Below are positions 47,787-61,301 of a DNA stretch of 64,000 bases, in pieces. Positions within the stretch are counted from its first letter, which is position 1. Every line of letters starts with the position of its first letter. The stretch is from the human T2T-CHM13v2.0 reference genome, Homo sapiens: the NCBI RefSeq assembly GCF_009914755.1, contig NC_060928.1. One strand, written 5' to 3'. The notes beneath the pieces are model-generated. The model had not been told where the DNA came from. It saw only the letters and a program-made list of their open reading frames with translations, and searched no databases. The position numbers were made by a program, and so were the translations under genes.

Positions 47787-48065
47787 TCATATTGTGGCTG
47801 ACTCTGACACAGCATCCTTATCTTTTTTTCCTTTTTTTATTCTCCACAGGGCAAGTCCTAAGCATCCCTATCTTAACTTCAACAGTCCATTCTGCTAACT
47901 CCAAATTTTTAGACAAAGTTTTGTTCCTTTCACCAACTACACATTAAAGAATCTCGGAATCCACCTGTGACCTGTAAGCCCCCATTTCAAGATGTCCTGC
48001 GCTTCCTGGCCGGGCCAATGCATACCTTCCAGGTACGGATTTGTGTTTTGCCTTCTCAAAATGTG

Positions 48066-48354
48066 TAAGACCACACTGTGACCCAGCCACCTCAGCAGCA
48101 CTAAGACCACACTGTGACCCGGCCACGTCAGGAGCACTAAGACCACCCCGTAACGCGGCCACCTCAGGAGCACTAGGACCACCCCGTAACCGAGTCACCT
48201 CAGCAGCACTAAGAACACCACGTAACGCGGCCACCTCAGGAGCACTAGGACCACCCCGTAACGCGGCCACCTCAGGAGCACTAGGACCACCCAGTAACGC
48301 GGCCACCTCAGGAGCACTAGGACCACAACGTAATCCAGCCACCTGAGGAGCACT
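48066..48354. repeat. VNTR, 36-bp unit, 8 copies, inside an LTR
   Basis: TA(A/G)GACCACCCCGTAACGCGGCCACCTCAGGAGCAC repeats. Confidence 0.96.
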
Positions 48355-48459
48355 TGCTCAGGACCCCTTGAGACTGTTTCCCTGGGCTGTGGTCACTCAT
48401 ATTGGCTCAGAATAAACTCTTTAAAATATTTTACAGAGTTTGGTTTTTCCCACTAGCAA

Positions 48460-49700
<1,241 letters not shown>

Positions 49701-49769
49701 TTGCCATCTGATTTTACCATCTCTCTGAGTCTGACAATTCAAAGGACTTGCATTCCTCAGACAAAAGTT

Positions 49770-49958
49770 CCCCTCCCCTCCCCTCCCTTCCCCCCGTTCC
49801 CTCCCCCTCCCCTCTTTTCTTTTCTCCCTTCCCCTCCATTCCCCTCCCCTCCCATCTGTCTTCTCCCCTCCCCTCCCCTCCTCTCCCTTCTCCTTCCCTT
49901 CCGCTTCCTTTCCTTTCTTCCCCTTTCCCCTTTCCCCTTTCCTTTCTTTTCTTTTCTT
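49770..49958. repeat. CT-rich low-complexity tract, (CCCCT)n-like
   Basis: Near-pure pyrimidine run. Confidence 0.93.
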
Positions 49959-50338
49959 GAGGAGACTCCGGGAAAGCGAAAGACAGAATTGTGGCAACTT
50001 TCTGGAGCAGAAAGTTCTGAGGCAAGGAAAAGCCCTTATGTGCGATGCGAGGGAGGCTGCACAGACCTGGGTGGCTGCCCACAGCTTCTGGAGCCTGGCC
50101 GCAGCGCCTCTGAAGGCAATGTCACATAGGGAACGAGTCACGAGGAAGCCAGACAGGCACAAGCACATGGACGCTTTCCACCTTGAAGATCCAGGGCCAC
50201 CTTCCTGCCCCCTGGGGGCACAGCGGTCTCCAGTCCCTGGAGAAGCTCCAGCTGGGGATACTGTCAACCCGGTAACCAGCATGGCGCTCCTGGGCAGCCC
50301 GGGACCAGCTGTAAAGTGGTGATGGCAGGAGAAACCCT

Positions 50339-50485
50339 ACAGGGACTGGCTCACACACACACAGGGACTGGCTCACACACACACACACACACACACAGGG
50401 ACTGGCTCACACACACACACACACACACACACACAGGGACTGGCTCACACACACACACACACACACACAGGGACTGGCTCACAGG
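50339..50485. repeat. Compound repeat: 5 x AGGGACTGGCTC separated by variable (AC)n
   Basis: Direct reading. Confidence 0.96.
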
Positions 50486-51225
50486 TTTTAAGTGAAAGGA
50501 AGAAATCAGGAGTTCTTTCCTTTTTTAGCAATTTGAAACTCTAAGAAAAAGGCTACAGTGTTGTATTAATGTCTCACCACTCCCACCCCCTTTTCAAGTG
50601 AAATAAAGAATACAAGGGAAGCCAGAAAAATGCTGAAGATTTTGGCAATGAAGGGTCTGACCACAAAGAAAGCCAATGTGCCACTTGTGTGGATTTTTGC
50701 AGAAAGAGTAAACAGCCTTCCTGCAAGACACAGGCTGCAGAGGGTTCCGTTTTCATGGCTGGCTGCCACAGAATTGGCTTAGGCTGGATGGACTGAGCAG
50801 AGCATGGGGTCTGAGCCGAGTGGCGTGAGCCAGGGGTCCAGAGCAGACACGGGGGGCGTGCACGCCATCTCCAGAGTCGCACAGGGCTGTGCGTAGGCGG
50901 CCACTAGGGTAGGTCACGCATAAAAGTTGCTTTGTATCTGCAGCACGAACAAGACTTAAAGAAAGATCTGTTTTATAAAGACGAAGCAGTGCTCAGTATG
51001 TCATTTAGGATGAAGAAGAAGGCAGGGAAAGCGTTCATTTTAGAAGTGCTGTGAGGATGGTGCAGGACGCAGTGGGGCGGGGGGAGGGTGCATTCCGCCC
51101 GGATCTTCCCTCCCCTCACTTCTGTGCTGCCCTGCCTGCATGCCCTCACGCCCAGGCTAGTTTCCACTCTGCCACAGGCAGTGAAGATTGGATCCGCTGA
51201 TGGCAGCATCTTGGAAACAGGAAAC

Positions 51226-52265
51226 TGACAGGCCTCTGAATATGCCATCCTAAAATATGACTGTCTGAGACCAGACTATACCACCCCAAAATATGACTGT
51301 CTGAGACCACACTATACCACCCCAAAATACGACTCAGAGATCAGACTATATCACCCCAAAATGCGACTGTCAGAGACCAGATTATACCACCCCAAAATAT
51401 GACTGTCAGAGACCAGACTATACTACCCCAAAATACGACTCAGAGACCAGACTATATCACCCCAAAATATGACTGTCAGAGACTAGACTATAACACCCCA
51501 AAATATGACTCAGAGACCAGACTATATCACCCCAAAATATGACTGTCAGAGACCAGATTATACCACCCCAAAATATGACTGTCAGAGACCAGACTATAAC
51601 ACCCCAAAATACGACTCAGAGACCAGACTATATCACCCCAAAATACGACTGTCAGAGACCAGATTATACCACCCCAAAATATGACTGCCAGAGACCAGAC
51701 TATATCACCCCAAAATATGACTGTCAGAGACCAGACTATACCACCCCAAAATACGACTGTCAGAGACCAGACTATACCACCCCAAAATATGACTCAGAGA
51801 CCAGACTATATCACCCCAAAATATGACTGTCAGAGACTAACCAGACCATGCCTCCCACACATGCCTCTTTGTCTTAAGGATCATTTGGAGCTGGTTATTT
51901 TGAGAAACTGCAGATGCAGGAGAACCTTTAAAAACAGAAACTTACCATTTTGTAAAGGAAATGTCCGTCAATAAAGGAACTGTCCATTTGTAAGGGTGCC
52001 TTCCTCTCTGCACCAGAGAGAGAAGAACGACTAGATCTCTAGACTCCTGAACCATGGAGAAGGTTTCTAAGCCTGAAGTTTAAACTACCTGTTTGAGATC
52101 AACTCCAGAGACATACTCAGTTCTCTGGGTGCCTCCCAAGTGCACACGAGCTACACATACTAATAAACTTCTGTTTGTTTTTCTCTTCTTACTCGGTCTT
52201 TGTTACAGGGAGTCTCAGCTAAGAAGGTTGGAGGGCAGAGAGAAAACTCGTGTTCTGCCCCTACC
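51226..52265 (+). mobile_element. ERV1 solo LTR (MER34-type) with an expanded 5' repeat
   Basis: TGAATATGCCATCCTAAAATATGAC start; GCCTCTTTG..GAGCTGGTTATTTTGAGAAACTGCAGA; AATAAA near the 3' end. Confidence 0.8.
51240..51838. repeat. VNTR, mixed 36/34-bp units, about 16-17 copies
   Basis: CCCCAAAATA(T/C)GACT(GT)CAGAGACCAGACTATA(C/T)CA. Confidence 0.97.
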
Positions 52266-53028
52266 GGAGCAAGTGTGTGTTCCTCTGCACTGATGAATGT
52301 GCCTGTCTCCAGAAAGGGCAGCCCGTAGGTACTGAGAGCAGAGGTGGAGCTTCTAAGAGAGCAGTGACAGCCTCACTCCTCCTCCCTGGCCCACCCTCAC
52401 CCCGTCCCCTGCACCTGGAGCCACTGGAAGACGGAGGAGCCATCCTTTAAGAATCTCCTGGAGGACTCATCGACCCCACGGGGACATGGTACAAGGCTGG
52501 AGAGCAGCTCTGTGTTGAAGGGGAGGAGAGAAGATAATCTCATTTCCTCCCAGTCTAAAGAATGAGCATTCCCAGTGGAAGGAGAAAGCAGATCCTTGGC
52601 CACACACAATCCTCGGAGAAGAGTCAACAGGATTGTGACTAGAAGTGGCTTCTACATCAGCCCAAAGTTGACTTTCAGCAAAAGGTAGGTTTTTGCAATT
52701 TAAAGCAGTGACAATTGATTTAGACAAGGTTAGCCTTAAGTGATTTAAAAAATGCTTTTATGTAAGATCTCATTTAATCTTCATTGCGGTTCTTGTAGAA
52801 AGGAATCAGAATTTAAGGCACCAGTGCGAGGTTGGAGAGCTATTATATTATGGAGCTAGGATTCTGACCTAGTTGGCTTAACAAGGAGGGGCTTAATAAA
52901 GACAAGTGATCTCCAAGCCCAAATACAAGCAAAGCCAGCTCATAAAAGATCTGCTTTCAGATTTTAATCCTTGATGAAGGGAAATGTTTAAAAATTTCCT
53001 AAAAGCAAAATTGACAAGACAAATCCAA

Positions 53029-53136
53029 AGAAAACCCTGTCTTATCCAGTGTGGCCTCAAGGCCCAACCGCATCCCCTGAACAGAAAACCCTGTCTTACC
53101 CAGTGTGGCCTTGAGGTCCAACCGCATCCCCTGAAC
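53029..53136. repeat. Two-copy 54-bp tandem duplication
   Basis: AGAAAACCCTGTCTTA(T/C)CCAGTGTGGCCT..CCAACCGCATCCCCTGAAC twice. Confidence 0.93.
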
Positions 53137-53944
53137 CTGGTACATTCGCCTTTGGGTACGTTCAGTAAAGAAGCCAGGGTCTCAGAATATATGGAGTGGT
53201 ATTTTTGTTGGGAGCAGGGGTGGAGAAGTTGCCTTGAAATATATACAGATTAAAAATGTATATATTTCAAATGTATTTAACAAAATTTATAGCTAAGCAA
53301 ATATTCCCTACGATCTACCAAAAAAATGTAGAAATTATCCACAAAGAATTTAGGGCTTCATCTATTTTTAGAGGAAGAAGCTGTTAGCATGCTGTGTTCA
53401 GAATAAATACATTCAATTAAGTTAATAAATTAATCATGTAATCTTTGATTAAGATTATCACCAATGAAATATAGCTACACAAACAGTAATGATTCAACTA
53501 TAGCTTTGCTTATTGCAATGAAAAGGATGATCTGGACATCTAGATACCCTCCCGAAAACCTTGTGAAACCTGTGACTACCTCTTCATGTAAGTCCCTCTC
53601 CCCACCCCCGACTGGGGAAGTCAATGATTTACCAAACACAGCACACAGCTGGTCCATGGCAAAGGCAGCAGGAACCCAGCACTATCTGCCTAAAGATGGT
53701 GACCTGCTTATGGGTGGCCGTGGTCCGCAAGTCATTAGTAGCTTTGGCACACGGGTCTATCTTCTGGAATGACCAGGCCTCCCTACGTAGGCCAGAGTCT
53801 TCCTGCACAGGCCCTGGGCCCTAAGGCTGCACAGGTGCCCGAGGTCCAGTCAGCAGATATGTTGGGATCAAGGCATCGCGTGTCCTTCTGCTAAGGCAGT
53901 GTTTCCCATACCACTGGCAGGCATCAAGATCACTTAGAGAGCTT

Positions 53945-54691
<747 letters not shown>

Positions 54692-55029
54692 TAAAATTGC
54701 AACGCTCTTTTTTCTCACAGTTTTCTCATGTCATTAATTCTCTCTTCTACTTCTCTAAAAACTTTAATCTACTCCACTGTCCCTGACATTTTAGTTTTTG
54801 TCTGACTACACTGTCTTGCCTACCCCATATTTGAACCACTTTTTCACTACTGCCCCCAGCCCCTATTGCCCTAACAGGCCTCCCAGGCTTCTCAGACCCG
54901 CGCAATGGAGATGAAGCCTGGAGTTACTGACTGTGCTGCGCAAAGCAGGCCAGGAGCCCACAGCTGTCCTGAAAGCCCTTCTGTTTGTGGTGTTCACCTT
55001 GGACAGGCCTTCGCCCCCGACTTCGTTCA

Positions 55030-55500
55030 TCTGTTCTTGCTCAGCTTATATCTTCTCTTAACCCACCGCAACATTCATGGCTGAGACCCCCTAACAAAAG
55101 ACTGATTAGCAAAAGAAAATCATGCAAATTTATCTAACGAAAGTTTTACATGACCCAGGAGCCTTCAGACATGAAGGCCCAAAGAAACAGGGAACACTGT
55201 ATTTTTATGCTTAGGATGGATAAAGAGTGGACAGTCCTGTAGGATGGTTGGACAAAGGGAAGATGAGCTAATGAGAATAACCTGGGGAGAACTTAGCAAG
55301 GCCAATTTGTTCAGATTCCGCTTGGCATCGCTGGGTCTTCATTCCTCTTCTCTAGGTACAGGGAGGAGGAACCTCTGGAATGAGCGTCTAATGACCTACT
55401 TTAGAGGGAGGCCAAATAATTATTTTAGGACCTGCTTTGGAGGAGAACACTGGGAGAAGGTCAGAGAGATCTTCCCGCTGCTGCCCTGCGTTCTCCTTCC
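55030..55500 (-). mobile_element. ERV1 LTR fragment (MER34A-like)
   Basis: AACAAAAGACTGATTAGCAAAAGAAAA..AAGTTTTACATGAC..AACTTAGCAAGGCC; similar to the 32584 and 43636 copies. Confidence 0.7.
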
Positions 55501-55988
55501 CCTCCTTTGTCTCCACGGTCCCCGCCCTTGTTTACCCTCCCGTGCTCTTACCACCCTCCAGGATCATACTCAATGCATTAACCCTTTCCCTCGTCTCTTC
55601 TGGCTTGTTCGCCCCAGGCCTCCCCATAAACCTTTCTTAATAAATCCTTCTTTCTCCATCCTGTGTCTACGTCTACTTCCAACCATTTTTTCTCCTTAAA
55701 TATTTAATTCACCATCTTTACCTACATGCTTATTTTATGCATTATCACAAAATTATATTTTCAGCCCCCATATTTTCCTGAAGCTCTTTTGCAACTGTTG
55801 TAAATAATCTTCTGGCAGCCAAACCCCTTTTTCGTTCCCTCATTAAGGAGGGTTTATACTTAGGAAGCAGCCACCACTTCCACCACTGAGCTGGCATTGG
55901 CGATACGACAATGAACAAGATACAAATGGCCTTTACCCTTATGGAGCACGCAGTCCGTGGTAAAGAAAGCAAGAAGATAATCAATTAC

Positions 55989-56262
55989 AGACCAACCTGG
56001 ATAACACAGGGAGATCTCATCGCTGCAAAATAAAAAAAATTAGCCAGGCGTGGTGGCGCATGCCTGTGGTCCAGCTATTTGGGAGGCTTAAACAGGAGGA
56101 TCATTTGAGCTGGGGAGTTTGAGGTTGCAGTGAGCCATGATCACGCTACTGCACTCCAGCCTGGGCGACAGAGTGAGACCTGCAGTGAGCCATGATCACG
56201 CTACTGCACTCCAGCCTGGGCGACAGAGTGAGACCTTGTCTATAAAATGATAATAATAAGAA
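55989..56262 (+). mobile_element. 5'-truncated AluJ-like element with an exact 55-bp internal tandem duplication (56126-56235)
   Basis: TGCAGTGAGCCATGATCACGCTACTGCACTCCAGCCTGGGCGACAGAGTGAGACC twice. Confidence 0.93.
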
Positions 56263-56945
56263 TAACCAATTGAATTACAGCATAACAAATGCCAGGATGG
56301 AGAAATAATGGGAAACTGGGTGCAGAGGAGGGAGGTCTTTAAGGCAGATCAACTCTCCTTGGCATTTAGTTCTAAATACTGTCCTCCCATGTGGCTTGTA
56401 GGACCCACACTCCCCTGAGACTCCTCCTGCCACTCCTACTTGGTTTTATTCTTTGTCACTCCTCCATTTCCCCAACTATCTTTGAAATATTCGTGTTCCA
56501 CAGGACTTTGTCATTTACACACTCTTCCCTTCTCTTTCTAGAGGCTTCCTTGAGCATGCTCACTGCTTGAAAACCTGATGAAACTGACATCCGTCTCTAG
56601 CCTGGAGACGTTCTCTTGCACACTCAGCTCTATGACGGGCTCCTCAAACTCAAAAGGCTCGGGAACTGAGCTCATTATGTTTCCTCCCAGTCCTTCTCCT
56701 ATTATCTGTCCTACTCTAGTTAATGAAATTTTCACCTCCCTATTTGGAGCAAGTCCAAAAACTGAGAGTCAACCTATATTTCTCCATTTTACTTATTCTC
56801 TGCCTTCACTGGAGGCTGTACCACTTACAAGCACATACTCTAAAGCCAGATGGTGTGGACTGAATCACAATTCTACTATTTGCTAGAAGAGTGCCTTAGG
56901 TAAATTACTGCATAGCTCTGTGACTCCATTTCCTCATCTGGGAAG

Positions 56946-57661
56946 TGTATTATTAAGAATGTGGCTGGCCTTTGTCCCCAGGTTTTGGGAAGTAACCTCT
57001 AAACCCCTGCCATTTCCCGTGCTCTAGGGGTATCTTTGTTATTCACAGGGGGCTCCTTGGACCACACTTGGTAGTCTATGTGAACATATGACTTGGAATG
57101 GAGGCTGGTCAAGACGGAAAGACCCACCATGTGATTAGGGAGTCGAGGGCTTTGAACCATATTTTAGTGGCCTGACTCTGAGGAGGAGAGGGGCCAAAGA
57201 CTGAGACACATGGGCAATGATTCGATGAATCATGCCTATGTAATGAAACCCCAATAAAACTCACAAGGACTCAGGGGAGCTTCCCTGGTTGGCAATTTCC
57301 TCTGTGCGTTGCCATACACTGAAGTGCCGGAAGGGTAGCACGTCCTGAGGACAAGGGCAGCTTCGCAGCTAGAACCCTCATAGATCCCCTTCTGTGCATC
57401 TCTCCCTTTCACTGCTTCTGAATTACATCCTTTTACTGCAATAAAACTGCCATCATAAGTATAGTGCCTTCCTGAGTTCTGTGAGCTGTTCTAGAAAATT
57501 GTTGAACCTCAGGGAGTCTGTAGGGACCCCTGAATTGGTAGCCAGCTGGTTAGAAGTTAGGGTGGCTCCGGAGGCCTCCAAACTTGCAGCTGGTGTCTGC
57601 CGTGAAGGAAGTCTTGTAAAGAACTGTGCCCTTAACCTGCGGTTTGGCCTAAATCCAGACA
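56946..57661 (+). mobile_element. LTR (MER21-like) inserted in a MIR
   Basis: TGGCCTTTGTCCCCAGGTT..GTAACCTCTAAACCC..CATGCCTATGTAATGAAACCCCAATAAAA; MIR core on both flanks. Confidence 0.8.
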
Positions 57662-57774
57662 GGGAATTGAAGACAATAACGCCTAATCCATATGGTTACT
57701 GTGAGAATTAAATGAGCTAATACAGATAAAGCCTTTGAATAGTAACTATCATAAGTACAAAATGAATATCACCT

Positions 57775-58052
57775 ATTTTTATTTGTATTGATTTATTTTT
57801 ATAGACAGGGTCTTGCTCTGTTGCCCAGGCTGGAATGCAGTGGCACCATCGATCATTGCTCATTGCAGCCTCAACCTCCTGGGCTCAAGTGATCCTCCCA
57901 CTTCAGCCTCCCAAGTAGCTAGGACTACAGGTGCACACCATCATGCCCAACTAACCTGTTTAATTTTGTAGAGACGAGGTCTCACTCTGTTGCAGGCTGG
58001 CCTCAAGCTCCTGACGTCAAACAATCCTCTTCAGCTTCCCAAAGTGCTGGGG
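57775..58052 (-). mobile_element. Alu (AluJ-like), lacking its 5' tip
   Basis: Reverse diverged dimer. Confidence 0.92.
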
Positions 58053-58399
58053 TTGATGTTACCCACCTTTAGAATTGTTGCCTTGCATTAGTGTGAACAG
58101 AGCCCATATACATGAGGAGTCTGCATTCCCAGGGTCTTCCCAATGGGCCTCCACTGGATGCCCATAGAGAAGAATGGTACACAGCAGAAAAGCAGAGAGA
58201 GAGAGCTTCATGTGGCAGCACACAGACATAGATCCCCACCTCCTTTCTGGGCCTTTCCTTCACACAACACAAAAGCATGAGGCCACTGTGGATGGGCAGG
58301 TAATCCTTTTGTCCCCCAAGGCTTGTGGAAAGATCTTCTGTTGTTTGTTTGTTTGTTAGTGGTAGGGTGGTTAAAAGCAAAAGCCATCTGCCCCTGGAT

Positions 58400-59940
58400 C
58401 ATGCCCCATATAAAACCGAGGTCTGCTACCAGTGAGCCAGGAGCAGGAAGCTTTCTCCAAAGAACCCCACAGATACAAGCAGAGTTTGACTATGAGACAA
58501 AGGCAGAAATACTGAGAAAACCCCATACATGAGGTCCAGGCTAACAGGGATAGCCTAAGATTGAGGCTGGACCAGGAGAATTAAAAAATGCCCCTTCCAC
58601 ACCTTAAGTCTTTCATGGGAAAATAAGCAACAACAGTTGTTTACTCTTGGGAGGGAGGAATCAAATGAAAAGAGAGACATCTTTTGTGTACAGGCATTCA
58701 GGGTCTACCAAAAGATGAAGGTGAAACAGTAACATTGACAAAAACTCTCCAGCACACCAGGTCCTTCACTAATACAAGGTATCAGAGCCCACGACTGGAA
58801 GAACTTAAAGTTTGAACTAACTGTGATTATAGCAGCAACAAAACCCAAACCCAACTCAAACCAGACTTCCACACAAGTGGCCTGGCAGAAGAAGTATGCC
58901 CATTTCTGGACATAAAATATTTTAAAAGTCCCTTTATTACTATTGTTCTTCTACACACAATGTCTGATGGTCAATTTTTAGAAATACATATACGTATGAT
59001 GTGTAAAGCAAGAAAACATCCAACTTACTATCAAGGGATAAAGCAATCAACAGAATAAGGCCCAGAGATGAACAAGATGCTAAAACAATCAAACAGGAAT
59101 TTTAAAATAACCATGATTAGCACAGGACAAAAAGATCAACTCTCATCACTTCTATGTAAAATGTATTTAAAATCTTAAACAGTGAAATAAGGCAAGAGCC
59201 AGAAAAAAAAGGCACACAGACTTAAAAAAACAAAACTACATTCATTACCTGACTGCATAAAAATTCCAAATAATCTTTTTTAAATGCTATTGGAGTAAGT
59301 GAATCTAACAAGGTTGTGGAAGTTAAGGCCAATATATAAAAATCAAATGTCTTTTTATATACTAGCAATGAACAATTGGAAATTCAAATTTTAGGAAACA
59401 TCATTTACCCTAGTATCAAAAGCATGAAATATTTGGAGATAAATCTAACAAAAATGTGTAAGAAATACTGTGAAAATTACAGAATATTGATGATGGAAAT
59501 TAAAGCACACATAAAAAATAAAGCAAACTACCATGTCATGAATAGGAAGACTCAATATGGTTAAACTTTTAATTCTTCCCAAAGTGAGCTATAGGTTCAA
59601 TGGAAATCCAATGAAAATCCAAGTAAGGCTTTTTTTGGTAGAAAATAGCAAAGGTGATTCCAAAGTCTACACGGACTTTACCTGCACTATATCCAAAATT
59701 TAGTTCAAAATAGACGCCAGGCATAATATCACACCTAAAACTATAAAATCTTCTAGAATGAAAAAAGAAAAATCTTTGTTAAGCAAAACGAGGTGTAAAA
59801 TGATGTAATAATTTGGGGGAGCAAAATAAGCAGTTTATTATTAGGTTAAAAATACTCTTACCACACAAGCCAGATAGATACTCCTTTTCTAAGTATTTCC
59901 CCCCCACCAACCCAAAATGAAAACATATCCATAAAACTAA
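58400..59940 (+). mobile_element. Old L1M fragments (5' region and ORF2)
   Basis: Degenerate ORF2 peptide MKYLEINLTK..ENYRILMMEIK at 59376-59564. Confidence 0.7.
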
Positions 59941-60027
59941 ACTGCAAATGAATGACACAAGATTTACCTGCACAGTGTCATGGCACTATGGGGCTGGCAA
60001 GGTAGTAGCATAGCCATGGTGCCAAGG

Positions 60028-60322
60028 CAAACTTCTCAAATCTCTCTGTGCTTCAGTCCCTAGAAGGAACTCAGCTACAGGCGATGCCCGATCAGGTTGA
60101 GGTTTGGAATGGGCCCTGGATACTGGCATTTTTAAAACTCTTCCCAGGTGGCCGGGCATGGTGGCTCTTGTAATCCCAGCACTTTGGGAGGCTGAAATGG
60201 GAGGATGGCTGGAGGCCAGGAGTTTGAGAACAGCCTGAGCAACATAGCAAGATCTCGTCTCAATAAATAAATAAATATTCTTCCAAGGCAATTTTGCTGT
60301 GCTGCTGGGTTTAAAGCACTAG
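60028..60322. mobile_element. MER5A-like DNA transposon interrupted by a plus-strand FLAM/Alu monomer (about 60150-60275)
   Basis: GGGCCCTGGATACTGGCATTTTTAAAACTCTTCCCAGGTG; TCTTCC.AGG duplicated around the monomer. Confidence 0.7.
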
Positions 60323-60865
60323 CAGGACAAGACAGTCATTGTTTCTAGTATATATGTGAACACATTGCAGGAGGGAATAACATATACAAATTAGCGCTTA
60401 AAAACATTCAGGAAGGAACATACAAAGGAGCAAAGAATTATATATTCAACACATGTTTTGTGCTCTAGAAGAAATTAAACAGAACATGGAATCAAACAAA
60501 AATTAAAGATAAAATAGGTCAAAAGAGAAATTGGAGAGAAAATAAAGCAAAGGAAGGACAAAACACCATTAGAAACACCCAGGAACAGAATGATCAGCTG
60601 CCAGCAAGTCAGTGTCAGCAAGGGAAGATCTGAAATGCTAGCAAAGAGGAAGAAGAAAAAGATTAAAGACATTGAAAGGAAAAGATATGGAGGACAGACA
60701 AGATACAAAATAAAGCAAAACATAACATTGCTCTCAAATTTGAAACACGTGACAGGAAAGTGTTAATTTAGAGAGGTAAAATTCAACAGAAAATTAAAAG
60801 GCATGAAAATGGCTAATTAATATGTGGAAGGATTCTGTGTAAATTTAGAAAAATGAAAACAATGT

Positions 60866-60904
60866 ATTCAGTTGGTGCAAAAGTAATTGTGGTTTTTGCC
60901 GTTA
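60866..60904. mobile_element. Half of a MADE1 (Hsmar1 MITE)
   Basis: GTTGGTGCAAAAGTAATTGTGGTTTTTGCC; no second inverted arm. Confidence 0.8.
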
Positions 60905-61301
60905 AAACCTCTTTGCAGATCACATCATCGAAAACTGAAAAGATTGATGTGTGGGCAAAGGTGTAAAACTAGAAACTTGAATATAATGTTGAATAAAACT
61001 ATCATTTTCAATTCAAATACCACTTTACTTCAGCACATTTATCTTACATATACACTCGCAACTAGGAAAGGAATATGGACAAGCAAAGTCACTGTGTCAT
61101 TTTTAGTCATTGTAAAAACCAGAAAAAATCTAAAGTTTTGTTTGTAAAGGATTGGTTTAAAATCATGGAATATCCATACAATGAAAAAGGTAGGTGTTCA
61201 CTGGGAAATACAGTAGCTGTCTATGTTGATAGGGAAAGACCTTCAAGATTGCTCAAGTGACACAACGGATATCTAACAATACGTATGAATGCATACCCTC
61301 C

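Noticed and set aside
47944-48346. ORFs with 12-aa repeats on both strands
   Set aside because: They follow from the 36-bp VNTR unit inside an LTR.
53464-53772. 102-aa ATG-initiated ORF
   Set aside because: It overlaps MIR-like sequence (about 53615-53680) and has no recognisable homology.
60866-60904. miR-548-type hairpin from MADE1
   Set aside because: Only one arm of the MADE1 palindrome is present, so no hairpin can form.
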